This document shows, piece after piece, positions 38,174-47,350 of a DNA stretch of 64,000 nt. The translations under genes and the position numbers were made by a program. The notes under the pieces were generated by a model that did no database searches, had not been told where the DNA came from, and saw only the letters and a list, made by a program, of their open reading frames with translations. This stretch comes from a virus. How positions within the stretch are numbered: the stretch's first letter is position 1; every line of letters begins with the position of its first letter. The stretch lies in IMG/VR virus record IMGVR_UViG_3300028416_000006; one strand, 5' to 3'.

Positions 38174-38204
38174 AGTATACGGCAAGATGTCTTACTTGTC
38201 AACC
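38174..38204 (-). promoter_or_regulatory. sigma70 promoter with AAGACATCTT spacer (copy 2)
   Basis: TTGACA-AGTAAGACATCTTGCCG-TATACT. Confidence 0.85.
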
Positions 38205-38207
38205 TTT

Positions 38208-38387
38208 TTAATCAAAAAAGTTACCTAAAACCCAAACAAACTTTGTGTCGCTTACTTGGTTCCACATTCCGTCTTTCCAATTTGACCACAATATAGCCTT
38301 GTTTGCATCTTCCATAACATCAAGTCCGTTTTCTGCTTTTGCAGTAAATATATCACCTAAATGATTTTCAAATGTAAATGTTTTCAT
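38208..38387 (-). CDS. 59 aa hypothetical protein
   Basis: Hand translation MKTFTFENHLGD...; AGGAG SD. Confidence 0.55.
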   Translation of the reverse strand: MKTFTFENHLGDIFTAKAENGLDVMEDANKAILWSNWKDGMWNQVSDTKFVWVLGNFFD

Positions 38388-38390
38388 AAT

Positions 38391-38645
38391 TTATACTCCT
38401 TCAAATTCTTCTACTTCGCGACCTTCTGCGAACAACATCAATTCAACAGCTAATGCACGTGCTTGTTCACGAGTTAAATCTATATGGTTAAAAAAGCCAT
38501 CTGATGTAGTAGGCTGTTGAAAACCACGTGCTTTCTTCTGTGTTATCTGAACACACTGCATGCGATCCTGTCCACCCCAAAAACGAGTTTGAGTTAATTC
38601 AGTTGTTGAATCTAAATTTGGTACATTGCGTAAATCAGTTGACAT
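38391..38645 (-). CDS. early hypothetical protein
   Basis: Behind promoter copy 3. Confidence 0.65.
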   Translation of the reverse strand: MSTDLRNVPNLDSTTELTQTRFWGGQDRMQCVQITQKKARGFQQPTTSDGFFNHIDLTREQARALAVELMLFAEGREVEEFEGV

Positions 38646-38680
38646 GCTATAATCTTTCTGTTTGTTTAACTTATACTACT

Positions 38681-38711
38681 AATATATACTAAGATGTCTT
38701 GGTTGTCAACC
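38681..38711 (-). promoter_or_regulatory. sigma70 promoter with AAGACATCTT spacer (copy 3)
   Basis: TTGACA-ACCAAGACATCTTAGTA-TATATT, preceded by stem-loop 38714-38740. Confidence 0.85.
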
Positions 38712-38764
38712 AGAAAACGCAAGAAAGAATCCTGCGTTTCCAATGACTTAGAAATTAATTTAAA

Positions 38765-39916
38765 TTAATCTTGTCTTGTTCCGTGGCCGTAATCAATAAT
38801 TACTGGAAACCTAGGAATACCGTCTGGTGTTAAATCGAAGTATCTGCAAGTAGCCCAATTTGGCATTCCTTTAGCAGTGTTTAACATCTCCCACAATTCT
38901 TTTAATTGTGCTTGTTGTCCACGAACACCTGATCCAAAATCTTTACCTTCTTTATCACGCAAGATGAATCGTTTAGCATATCCACTCCAATTACCTTTAC
39001 CTTCTAGTACTTGGATAACCTCAAATTCTTCAGTTTTAAACTCTTTACGCTTTAAAAGATTTTTGCTACGCTTGTTGTCATATGTTGCATCATTACGCAC
39101 CATTTGACCTTCATAGCCTTGTTCCATATATTCACTATACAATGCATCTAGTTGATCTTGTGATTCACAGTAATCAGTTTTTACAATTTTTACATAATCG
39201 TTGTTTGTCCAATATGCTTGTTTAACACGATTAGTAAACTTCATATCTGTTGCTGATTTATCATACATATCATAAACATGATATTCAACCAGTGTTTTTG
39301 CTTCAGCCATATCTTCTGGTGTGCTTTTTAACTTACGAACCAAACTTGTAATTTTATTAAAGTTTGCTTTTAGTTCATGATTGTACAATTCACCATCTAA
39401 AATGTGATGTGGATTTTGTTCCATATAACCTTTTAGTGATTCCCAAATATGAGGACAACTTGTAATAGGCTTACCTGCTCGTGTCCACATACCTCTACTA
39501 TCAACCACACAACGAATTCCATCTAGTTTAGGTTGACTCCAACCTTCACTTTGTGGACGCTTAGTGTAATCATGTGCAAGCATTGGCTTGAATCGCTCAT
39601 AAGAGTCAACGTCTGCTACGTTTTCAAAATACTCTTTTTCGATGCGTTTATCCCATAATGCCTGGGCTTCAGCTTTTGCTTGACTTAAACTTGTAGTTTC
39701 ATTTACTTTACCAACATTTTTTGGAGTACTTAGATTCCATTCACTAGTAACTTTTTGTCCGTCAACTGTACCACTGATTGTTCTAGTTCCTGCACTGCCT
39801 TGATCAGTAACTTCTAATCCTGTCAGGATTCCTTCAGCATATTCAACTTCCCACATACGAATCTTGCCAGTTGTATCACGCTTAAAAAGAGTTGGTAATT
39901 TAATTAAGTTTTTCAT
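38765..39916 (-). CDS. ATP-dependent DNA ligase
   Basis: PMLA, QPKLDGIR, LDGELY, YHVYD, EGQMVR, LLKRK, PRFP. Confidence 0.92.
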   Translation of the reverse strand: MKNLIKLPTLFKRDTTGKIRMWEVEYAEGILTGLEVTDQGSAGTRTISGTVDGQKVTSEWNLSTPKNVGKVNETTSLSQAKAEAQALWDKRIEKEYFENVADVDSYERFKPMLAHDYTKRPQSEGWSQPKLDGIRCVVDSRGMWTRAGKPITSCPHIWESLKGYMEQNPHHILDGELYNHELKANFNKITSLVRKLKSTPEDMAEAKTLVEYHVYDMYDKSATDMKFTNRVKQAYWTNNDYVKIVKTDYCESQDQLDALYSEYMEQGYEGQMVRNDATYDNKRSKNLLKRKEFKTEEFEVIQVLEGKGNWSGYAKRFILRDKEGKDFGSGVRGQQAQLKELWEMLNTAKGMPNWATCRYFDLTPDGIPRFPVIIDYGHGTRQD

Positions 39917-40062
39917 TTGTACTCCTAGTTAGTTTTCTTAAAAGTGTTCCGGCAGTTGTCATCCAAAAATTATATGCCCAACTGTCTTTGGGATTTTGTT
40001 TTGCAGTACGAACACAATTATCAATTCTGTGTTCGTACAATTCTATAGTTGCTTGATCCAAC

Positions 40063-40410
40063 TTAGTCTAACCTCGAACCAGCATATGCTTTAAAACCAA
40101 ATGACTCAAAAACTTTAGCTGCCGCTTCGGCGCCTGCTTCTTTGACATCAACGTTTTGCACACTAACACCTGAAGGGTTGTAAATTTGAAATGCTTTAGT
40201 GTAGTCTTGTTTAACACCAGCTTGTTTCATAGCACGACCTAGTTTAGTATTACCTTTAATACCATAGATATTAACCCATGCAAACCCACAAGGATAATTG
40301 TCTTTACCATCTAGTTTCTCAACAAGGTAATCACTAGCGGCCTCATATGCTGCCTTTTTAGCTTGAGCAACAATTGTTTTTAATTCATTTACATCATAAT
40401 CTAAATTCAT
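40063..40410 (-). CDS. early hypothetical protein
   Basis: Behind promoter copy 4; GGAG SD. Confidence 0.65.
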   Translation of the reverse strand: MNLDYDVNELKTIVAQAKKAAYEAASDYLVEKLDGKDNYPCGFAWVNIYGIKGNTKLGRAMKQAGVKQDYTKAFQIYNPSGVSVQNVDVKEAGAEAAAKVFESFGFKAYAGSRLD

Positions 40411-40450
40411 ATTATTCTCCAGTAGTTAATTTTTTAGTGTTTATACTTAT

Positions 40451-40481
40451 AGTATACAGTAAGATGTCTTACTTGTCAACC
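40451..40481 (-). promoter_or_regulatory. sigma70 promoter with AAGACATCTT spacer (copy 4)
   Basis: TTGACA-AGTAAGACATCTTACTG-TATACT. Confidence 0.85.
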
Positions 40482-40487
40482 TTTTTT

Positions 40488-40907
40488 TTAAAGTCCTACA
40501 AATGCGTTATAAACATATGGCTTGTTCCACTTACCAACATTAATGCTAGTATAATGTGAACGATGGAAGTAATCAGTCATTGCATCATCATTACAAAAGT
40601 AGTTTGGACCTTTCATAGCATCCACTAGCTCTACTAAAAAGTCAGCACCATCACCGTATGTTTCTGGGTAGTATTCATTAACTTGAATATAACCATCGCT
40701 TTCTACAAATGGCACACCACGTTGACGACAAGTTTCCATATTCTTTTTATTCTGTTCACCAACAAAGTCAATAGCACCTTCTTTGATGTTTACACAAAGT
40801 GTTGAATGATTGTTAACGCTAATTGATGCTTTAACACGGTGCTTTTTTAGTACTGCCTTAATAGCTGGTGTAAGTGCTTTTTTCATTTCTTGTGATACAT
40901 ATGCCAT
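40488..40907 (-). CDS. early hypothetical protein
   Basis: Behind promoter copy 5. Confidence 0.65.
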   Translation of the reverse strand: MAYVSQEMKKALTPAIKAVLKKHRVKASISVNNHSTLCVNIKEGAIDFVGEQNKKNMETCRQRGVPFVESDGYIQVNEYYPETYGDGADFLVELVDAMKGPNYFCNDDAMTDYFHRSHYTSINVGKWNKPYVYNAFVGL

Positions 40908-40939
40908 CTAGTTCATTCCTTTATTGTTTATATACTTAT

Positions 40940-40970
40940 AGTATACAGTAAGATGTCTTGGTTGTCAACC
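40940..40970 (-). promoter_or_regulatory. sigma70 promoter with AAGACATCTT spacer (copy 5)
   Basis: TTGACA-ACCAAGACATCTTACTG-TATACT. Confidence 0.85.
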
Positions 40971-40985
40971 TTTTTAGTCAAGAAA

Positions 40986-41008
40986 AAACCCTTGTAATAC
41001 AAGGGTTT
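40986..41008 (-). terminator. palindrome/terminator upstream of promoter copy 5
   Basis: AAACCCTTGTA-A-TACAAGGGTTT with T-run on the minus strand. Confidence 0.65.
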
Positions 41009-41032
41009 GTAAGTTTTTTTAAGTTTTTTTTA

Positions 41033-41419
41033 TTAATCCCAATGCATTTTGTTATTTTTTTGATGCAAATAGTCTTCTTTTACACGAAACATTTCTTCTA
41101 AGGATATTCTAAAACTATACCTATTGAAATTAATTCCAACAAACTGTGCAGGAACACATTCTGGTCTAGGTCCAAATCTACTGTAATACCACCAAATTTT
41201 GCCATCGCCTATTGTTTCTATATTACCTTGTATCCCATCATCGATATTCCAATTTTCTATAATAAATTCAAAATCTTTTTGTTTAAATTCTCTGTTAATA
41301 ACTACGTAATCTGTTATTTTAAAAGATACCTTTACACGTTCTTTGTCCTTAAACAAATAGAGTTTAATTGGATCTGTAAATAACACTACATGATTATCAT
41401 CTTTTATCGTGGGCATCAA
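41033..41419 (-). CDS. hypothetical protein
   Basis: Coupled ORF. Confidence 0.55.
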   Translation of the reverse strand: MMPTIKDDNHVVLFTDPIKLYLFKDKERVKVSFKITDYVVINREFKQKDFEFIIENWNIDDGIQGNIETIGDGKIWWYYSRFGPRPECVPAQFVGINFNRYSFRISLEEMFRVKEDYLHQKNNKMHWD

Positions 41420-41928
41420 TTGTCTCCTTGATGATTTTTAAAGTCTTCATAATATTGATGTATCCAGTTTTGGTCTGGTTTATCAATTCCAATAGTATTC
41501 CATAATGTGTCTAATCCATCTAATGTAGTCCATTGGTCTTGAGCTAACAAAACATCACCTGGGCTATCCCATTCAATTTCACCGCCGTCAATTTCTGTTC
41601 GAATCATCATTACAGGTAAGTTTCTACTCCACTTCCAAATGTCTTCATAATTTTGTGCATGTAATAAAACTGATATACTTTTATCTTTAATTAAATTTAA
41701 TAACCCATTAAATTGTTCTTCAGATATTTCTATAGCATTTCTTATGTTATTATCATACCAGTTTTTATCTTCTTCTGATATGTTCCAACAATTATCGTGC
41801 AGACAACTATTTTCCCAATGTTCTCCTGCTTGGCTTTCACCGTGTAGCATTGGACTATTATTAAGCAAATATGGAATCTCTACTTGATTTATATTCTGTC
41901 CACTGCATATTAAATATAATGTGTTCAT
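41416..41928 (-). CDS. hypothetical protein
   Basis: Coupled ORF. Confidence 0.55.
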   Translation of the reverse strand: MNTLYLICSGQNINQVEIPYLLNNSPMLHGESQAGEHWENSCLHDNCWNISEEDKNWYDNNIRNAIEISEEQFNGLLNLIKDKSISVLLHAQNYEDIWKWSRNLPVMMIRTEIDGGEIEWDSPGDVLLAQDQWTTLDGLDTLWNTIGIDKPDQNWIHQYYEDFKNHQGDN

Positions 41929-42182
41929 TTTATTCCTTTTATTATTTTTCTTTTTTCAATTGCGTCTTTAAGATCTACTAGATACTCACCTTCTATCATG
42001 TTTATAATAGTTTCTGTTACACCTATTTCATGTTGTAACATTCCCAATCTAAGCATCATTTTCTCAAGTTCTCCTTGGTAAAATTCTAACTCTTTTTGTT
42101 TGCGTTCTTTTTCATCGTATAAATCGCTAATATTAATAATGAATTTTTTATCTCCACTATTGTGTCCAAATAAGCCTGACAT
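41925..42182 (-). CDS. coiled-coil hypothetical protein
   Basis: AGGAG SD. Confidence 0.6.
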   Translation of the reverse strand: MSGLFGHNSGDKKFIINISDLYDEKERKQKELEFYQGELEKMMLRLGMLQHEIGVTETIINMIEGEYLVDLKDAIEKRKIIKGIK

Positions 42183-42280
42183 TCAAAACTCCTTTTAGTA
42201 TTACATAAAAAATAGGTCCGCTGACACTGTCCTATGGTAAAACTCTCAACATTTTACCGGGCCAAAGTATTTTTTACTTA

Positions 42281-42976
42281 CTAGTATTTAGCAGTAAAAA
42301 TACTATAGCCTATTTTATAATCTATGCCATGCGATATAAAGTCTACCGCTGAATGTAATTTTCCCATATCAAATGTAATAGCATCACCTGGTTGCCATCT
42401 TACAATAGACTCAACTGTTAATCCATGCAATGCGTCATATGGCACATGAGTTAGATATTCATTATAAATTTGTTTGTTAAATGGGTTATCTGTGTATCCA
42501 ACAATGTCACTATAATCAGTTAGAATTTTATTATAATATGTTTCTGGCACACTTTTATATCCTCTAAAACACTTAACTGGTCCGTCTAAATAGTACTGAT
42601 CAAATACTACAAAATTAGTTGGCTTTGAAATTTCTAGTGGTATTACTACTGTTTTAAATATGTCATATACCTTTTCGTGATAATCATCATTGTGAATAAT
42701 ATGAGGTCTCTCTACACGAAATATATTACTACCCCATACTAGATTTTCACCAATTAGATTATCAACAAATTTTTGCACAGGTTCAAACCATTCCTGTGGT
42801 TCATTTCTATCTGGACTATAGTTCATTACTACAGGTCCTGTATTCTTTTCTATATGTTTTGCATTATGAAATTGATTAAGTAAGTAATCAATAAAACCTT
42901 GATTTACAATATTTTTATGTACTGTTGCACTTTCGTACCTATCGGTTATTGCTTTCTTTTGTGCGTCTGTTCTCAC
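42281..42976 (-). CDS. possible 2OG-Fe(II) oxygenase-fold protein
   Basis: HIIHND...WQPGDAITFD...LHS. Confidence 0.55.
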   Translation of the reverse strand: MRTDAQKKAITDRYESATVHKNIVNQGFIDYLLNQFHNAKHIEKNTGPVVMNYSPDRNEPQEWFEPVQKFVDNLIGENLVWGSNIFRVERPHIIHNDDYHEKVYDIFKTVVIPLEISKPTNFVVFDQYYLDGPVKCFRGYKSVPETYYNKILTDYSDIVGYTDNPFNKQIYNEYLTHVPYDALHGLTVESIVRWQPGDAITFDMGKLHSAVDFISHGIDYKIGYSIFTAKY

Positions 42977-43755
42977 CCTACAAATGCTCTTTCTACTACA
43001 TACTCACCGGGTGTTTTACTATCACCTTCTGTAAATCCTTCGCCTTTTAAGTATTCAATTAATTCTGCATTCATTGGCATTGATCCACATATCATTACTC
43101 TATCATGTAAAGGTGATAAGTCAGCTAGTCCTAGTTTCTTCTGAACATCACCATTATACATTGCAGTTGTTACACGGCCTGTATTTTCATAATCTTCACG
43201 TGTGCAAGTAAAGTATGTTCTAAGTTTACCTTCTGTGACTTGACTGTATATTTCATCTTCATTTAAATTATCTATAAGGTCTTTAAATGCTAATTCTTTT
43301 TCTATTCTCGTACCCCATACTACAATGACATTATCGTAGTGTTCGTACGTATCTACGCCGCGTACAATACTCATAAAAGGGGCGATTCCTGTTCCGGTAG
43401 CTAGTAGGTACAGATTGCGTCCAGGCTTTAAATTTGCGTGTACTAGGGTGCCTACGGCCTTTGGATTAATTAGTATTTCATCGCCTACTTTAACATGCTG
43501 TAGTTTACTTGTAAGCGGACCGTCTTGTACTTTAATGCTATAAAATTCTAATGTTTCCTGATGGTTTGGACTTGCTACTGAATAAGCTCTCATTATAGGT
43601 TTATTCTTTTGTAGTTTTTCTGACCAGTGGTCTAGTCCAATCATCATAAACTCACCATCTCTAAACCTTACACTACTATCGCGAGTAGTTGTAATATGAA
43701 ATAATGTGTCTGTGTAATGTGTTACTGATAATACTGTTTCTTTATGTGCTGCCAT
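42973..43755 (-). CDS. fpr: ferredoxin-NADP+ reductase
   Basis: RAYSVAS, GPLTSKL, ATGTGIAPF, MICGS, VERAFV. Confidence 0.93.
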   Translation of the reverse strand: MAAHKETVLSVTHYTDTLFHITTTRDSSVRFRDGEFMMIGLDHWSEKLQKNKPIMRAYSVASPNHQETLEFYSIKVQDGPLTSKLQHVKVGDEILINPKAVGTLVHANLKPGRNLYLLATGTGIAPFMSIVRGVDTYEHYDNVIVVWGTRIEKELAFKDLIDNLNEDEIYSQVTEGKLRTYFTCTREDYENTGRVTTAMYNGDVQKKLGLADLSPLHDRVMICGSMPMNAELIEYLKGEGFTEGDSKTPGEYVVERAFVG

Positions 43756-43769
43756 TTATTCTCTCAATT

Positions 43770-43844
43770 TGGTATTCGGTAGGGGAATTGAACCCCTCTT
43801 GCCAGGTTGAAAACCTGGAGTCCTAACCGATAGACGAACCGAAC
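43770..43844 (-). tRNA. tRNA-Glu(TTC)
   Basis: CCAGG-TTTTCAA-CCTGG, CCA. Confidence 0.92.
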
Positions 43845-43878
43845 ATGAAGTACATTATAGACGAATTTTTAATATTTG

Positions 43879-44271
43879 TCAACTCTTACATGCATTGCAA
43901 TTTTCAATACATACTAACGGAGGGTTGTCACTTTCCCATCCTTCTACACTTGTGTACTTATTATAAATTTCTAAATTTATTATATCTTCTAATGTGTGAT
44001 GTTCTAGATTATTAAATTCTGGATCTTCTTTTAATAACTTAGACATTACTGGGTCATCAAACAATGCCCTTGACTCAGTATTTAGCAAATCATTTTTAAT
44101 TTCTTCTTCTGATGGCTCTTCAAATTCATGCCATTCTTTCATATGTCTTTTATCATATGCATTACTAAAAAAACAACAAGGCCAAACTCTGCCATCCGAT
44201 GCTACTTCCCACATTCTGTCACCTGTATCTGGACATATGCAATTAGAAGAATCTATATTATATTTGCTCAT
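43879..44271 (-). CDS. stand-alone SPASM-like Fe-S domain
   Basis: DGRVWPCC...CIENC. Confidence 0.7.
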   Translation of the reverse strand: MSKYNIDSSNCICPDTGDRMWEVASDGRVWPCCFFSNAYDKRHMKEWHEFEEPSEEEIKNDLLNTESRALFDDPVMSKLLKEDPEFNNLEHHTLEDIINLEIYNKYTSVEGWESDNPPLVCIENCNACKS

Positions 44272-44966
44272 AATAATTTATCTGCTTTTAGTTTAGATTG
44301 CTTTGTTATCAACCCATGTGGTCTATTATTATATCGAATAAATGTTTTAACGTTTATCTCATTTGCTATTTTACGCATTGTTGGTATTTGTTGCCAATTC
44401 CATTCAAATATTATAAAATTCCATATTGCGTAGCCACCTGCTTTTGAAAATGCTGACATGTTATCCATTGCTTTCTGCCAATTGACTCCTTCTCTATATT
44501 TCCAATTAGTTTCATGCGTTGTTCCATCAATTGCAAAATTAATTTCTAACTCTCTTTTGTACTTATTTCCGATATGTGTATACCATTCTTTATTTCGAAG
44601 GGCACCATTTGTTGATATAATAACTTTCTTTGTAAATTCAAATGCAGTAGATATAAAGTCATCAATTTGAGGATGCATCATTGGATCACCAAACTCTCCG
44701 CAGAACTCAATGCTACTAAATTGTAAGTTAGGCGATGCAGCTAGTGTTTGCTTAAATATATTCAAATCCATATGTTTTAGGTCTAGCCAGGATTCTTTAT
44801 CTCCAGTATATTCATTGGTTCTAGCACAACTACGACATCGTGCTTGACAATAAGTTGTTAATGCAAAATCAATTTTATGTTTAGCACCAAGATTCTTTTT
44901 TGTCACCGTAATACTCTCTTGCAAATCCATTTTCAATAAGCATATGTCGTAAACTTTTGCCATCAA
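44268..44966 (-). CDS. radical SAM protein (start uncertain)
   Basis: CQARCRSC, CGEFGDPMMHP, STNG, FAIDG. Confidence 0.85.
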   Translation of the reverse strand: MMAKVYDICLLKMDLQESITVTKKNLGAKHKIDFALTTYCQARCRSCARTNEYTGDKESWLDLKHMDLNIFKQTLAASPNLQFSSIEFCGEFGDPMMHPQIDDFISTAFEFTKKVIISTNGALRNKEWYTHIGNKYKRELEINFAIDGTTHETNWKYREGVNWQKAMDNMSAFSKAGGYAIWNFIIFEWNWQQIPTMRKIANEINVKTFIRYNNRPHGLITKQSKLKADKLL

Positions 44967-45339
44967 TAATGATATCGCCTAATACTCGGCCGCCGAACTT
45001 ATCCCATTTATAAATTGCTACTTGAAGCGTTGTTGCTCCGTTCAACTGATCTTTAGTAAACTGTGATGCTTGTTCGCCCCATGCAGCCTCGGACTCGCAT
45101 TCTGCTCTCCAGCTCTTTTCGGGAGTGTCTACTCCATAAACACGAATACTTAATTCCTGTTTAAGTGGCTCTGGCAAAAAGTCTGCTCTAAAGGCTACAG
45201 TATCTCCATCAATGACTCTAGTTATTTCAAAGTCGTAAACGACCATATCAACTTCTTTGGCTGATGTTGTATTTGCAAACAAGAATCCTAACATTAGCAT
45301 TCCTATTACTACTAAACCTCTACCTATATTTCTATTCAT
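44881..45339 (-). CDS. thermonuclease with signal peptide
   Basis: Signal peptide; RVIDGDT, YGVDTPE, DKFGGRVLG. Confidence 0.85.
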   Translation of the reverse strand: MNRNIGRGLVVIGMLMLGFLFANTTSAKEVDMVVYDFEITRVIDGDTVAFRADFLPEPLKQELSIRVYGVDTPEKSWRAECESEAAWGEQASQFTKDQLNGATTLQVAIYKWDKFGGRVLGDIIIDGKSLRHMLIENGFAREYYGDKKESWC

Positions 45340-45358
45340 AATTTAATTTCCTTAAATT

Positions 45359-45434
45359 TGGCTCCCCAAGCTGGGCTCGAACCAACGACAACCTGATTAA
45401 CAGTCAGGTGCTCTACCAACTGAGCTATTGAGGA
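45359..45434 (-). tRNA. tRNA-Asn(GTT)
   Basis: CCTGA-CTGTTAA-TCAGG. Confidence 0.94.
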
Positions 45435-45455
45435 TTATTTTGTATATACTTGTAT

Positions 45456-46337
45456 TTATAAGTACTTGTTAAAGGTACTAGCATATAATTCTTTTTTACG
45501 CTTATATAACTTATCATAATCAATAAGAAATTTTTTCAATCTAAAAGACGGCATTATTTCTAAATAATCTAATATTACTGAAGGATGATCAAACCAATCA
45601 TCAGTAACAACTATATGACTTTTTTCTGAGTTTGCATATGTAAATAGTGTATCAGTAAAATCTTCTTGTTGTTGTCTTTTTGTCTCAAATAATCTAGCAT
45701 GATCCTCGGCGTCGATTAGTGTAATACTATCCATGCCTTTTTCTAATGCATCTGCTAAATCATGATGTGCAAAATTTAATTGCCACATATATTTCAATGT
45801 ACCATTCTGAAATGCTTGATTGAATTGTTCACTATATTTTTCATTCCACACTTCATGCCAATTTTCAATATTATGTTCGCTAGCCCAAAGTTGTGTTTGG
45901 TCAGTAATGTCTTTTGTTGTTTCTATCCATGCAAATGCATACTGACTTATATAAAAAAATAACTGCTCCTCTGCACTATTATCAACTAGTATTGTTTTAT
46001 CTGCTTTAATAGTATTATCTAAGTTTGCTAAATTACTAGTATAATTACTCCAAAGAAAATAATCAAACTGTGATTTTATTGTCTCATCAAATACTGATAT
46101 AGGATCTACTATACCTTTTTGAGAATTATCTAGCAATGCAATAGATTCTTTATGTAATGAATGAAGCGGTGCTTTTTCATCTTCAATTGCAATAGCACCA
46201 ATATGGTGTCCATTTGGCCTACAATAGCCTGTGTTGAACGCATATAAGTCTTTTGGACCTATATTAAGTTCTTGCGAAAGCCACCAGTGTATTGCTGGTG
46301 CACTTCCTGTATCATGTTGGTAAATGGATATGTCCAT
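45456..46337 (-). CDS. hypothetical protein
   Basis: 293 aa ORF between tRNAs. Confidence 0.65.
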   Translation of the reverse strand: MDISIYQHDTGSAPAIHWWLSQELNIGPKDLYAFNTGYCRPNGHHIGAIAIEDEKAPLHSLHKESIALLDNSQKGIVDPISVFDETIKSQFDYFLWSNYTSNLANLDNTIKADKTILVDNSAEEQLFFYISQYAFAWIETTKDITDQTQLWASEHNIENWHEVWNEKYSEQFNQAFQNGTLKYMWQLNFAHHDLADALEKGMDSITLIDAEDHARLFETKRQQQEDFTDTLFTYANSEKSHIVVTDDWFDHPSVILDYLEIMPSFRLKKFLIDYDKLYKRKKELYASTFNKYL

Positions 46338-46353
46338 AAGTTATCCTATAGTT

Positions 46354-46429
46354 TGGTGGAGGTAAGCGGGATCGAACCGCTGACCTTCTGGTTGCAAACC
46401 AGACGCTCTCCCATCTGAGCTATACCCCC
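46354..46429 (-). tRNA. tRNA-Ala(TGC)
   Basis: G3:U70, TCTGG-TTTGCAA-CCAGA. Confidence 0.95.
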
Positions 46430-46635
46430 TATTTGAAATACTTAGCAAGCATTTCTTTGCGATCATGTGCTGATGCCATTTTATCAAGTTCACCTTGAAT
46501 AGCTTCCATTACATCACTGTGTTCGCCTATTCCTGCGGGATTAGTTAAATATATTTCAACATTCATTTTGTGTAATTGAATTTCACCGTCTGCATGTTGT
46601 ATAGCTGTTTTTAACATCTCATCTCTAAGTTTCAT
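46429..46635 (-). CDS. small phage hypothetical protein
   Basis: NPAGIGEHSD motif; stop codon shares its last base with tRNA-Ala G1. Confidence 0.65.
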   Translation of the reverse strand: MKLRDEMLKTAIQHADGEIQLHKMNVEIYLTNPAGIGEHSDVMEAIQGELDKMASAHDRKEMLAKYFK

Positions 46636-46740
46636 TTATATATCTTTCTTTTTTATTCTGTCTATTTGTATTTCCGATTACAACTTGTTACAGTTGGGCG
46701 TCCTGTGCCTCTCTCTCGTATTTTATATTCTCTTTTTATA

Positions 46741-46816
46741 TGGTGCCGGTAGAATGATTCGAACACTCGACCTACTGATTACAAATCAGTTGCTCTACCA
46801 ACTGAGCTATACCGGC
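46741..46816 (-). tRNA. tRNA-Thr(TGT)
   Basis: ACTGA-TTTGTAA-TCAGT. Confidence 0.94.
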
Positions 46817-46840
46817 ATAATTTAACTACTCTTTTATTTA

Positions 46841-47002
46841 TCAGTTAGCAATCTCTTCGTGTACTTGGATTACTTTATCAAAGATATCGTGTCCTAAAAT
46901 TCCTTCATCTATGGGAGGGTCCAAATCTAAGTGTTCTTCAAAGGCTAGATCTTTCATATACGATTTAAAGATTGCATCTTTATCGTAGTAATCGTGTCCC
47001 AT
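46841..47002 (-). CDS. 53 aa acidic hypothetical protein
   Basis: Hand translation MGHDYYDKDAIFK...; TAATG coupling. Confidence 0.5.
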   Translation of the reverse strand: MGHDYYDKDAIFKSYMKDLAFEEHLDLDPPIDEGILGHDIFDKVIQVHEEIAN

Positions 47003-47283
47003 TATTGTAGTTCTGGAAACATTTGCTTTATATAGTTTCTTACGATAACATTAGTATCATTGTCTACAGATTCAATTGAAATAGATTTAATACCTTTTTC
47101 TTTAACTTCATTTTTCGCTAATTGTAATAATTCACGTTTATTAAGTCTTTGTATCTGTGTTAAATTAACTGCATTGCTCGTAAGAGCACTTAGTATATAA
47201 TTGCCAACATCGAGTTCACTCATTGGAACTTCAATCTTAGCTTTAATGCGTTTTATTCCATCCTTGTATTCTGTTGCTCTCAT
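47002..47283 (-). CDS. hypothetical protein
   Basis: 93 aa ORF behind a sigma70-like promoter. Confidence 0.55.
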   Translation of the reverse strand: MRATEYKDGIKRIKAKIEVPMSELDVGNYILSALTSNAVNLTQIQRLNKRELLQLAKNEVKEKGIKSISIESVDNDTNVIVRNYIKQMFPELQ

Positions 47284-47350
47284 TTTTTTACCATGTTAAT
47301 ATATTTAATTGTTTTATAATAAGGTTTTACGCTTATTAAGTACTACTATA

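Noticed and set aside
38160-40970. CRISPR array or att-site reading of the ~40-bp repeats
   Set aside because: Irregular, gene-sized spacing; the repeats are sigma70 promoters; no cas or integrase gene seen
18491-46816. U32 in 8 of 12 tRNA anticodon loops as nuclease evasion
   Set aside because: Explainable by AT bias; cannot be judged without host tRNA sequences
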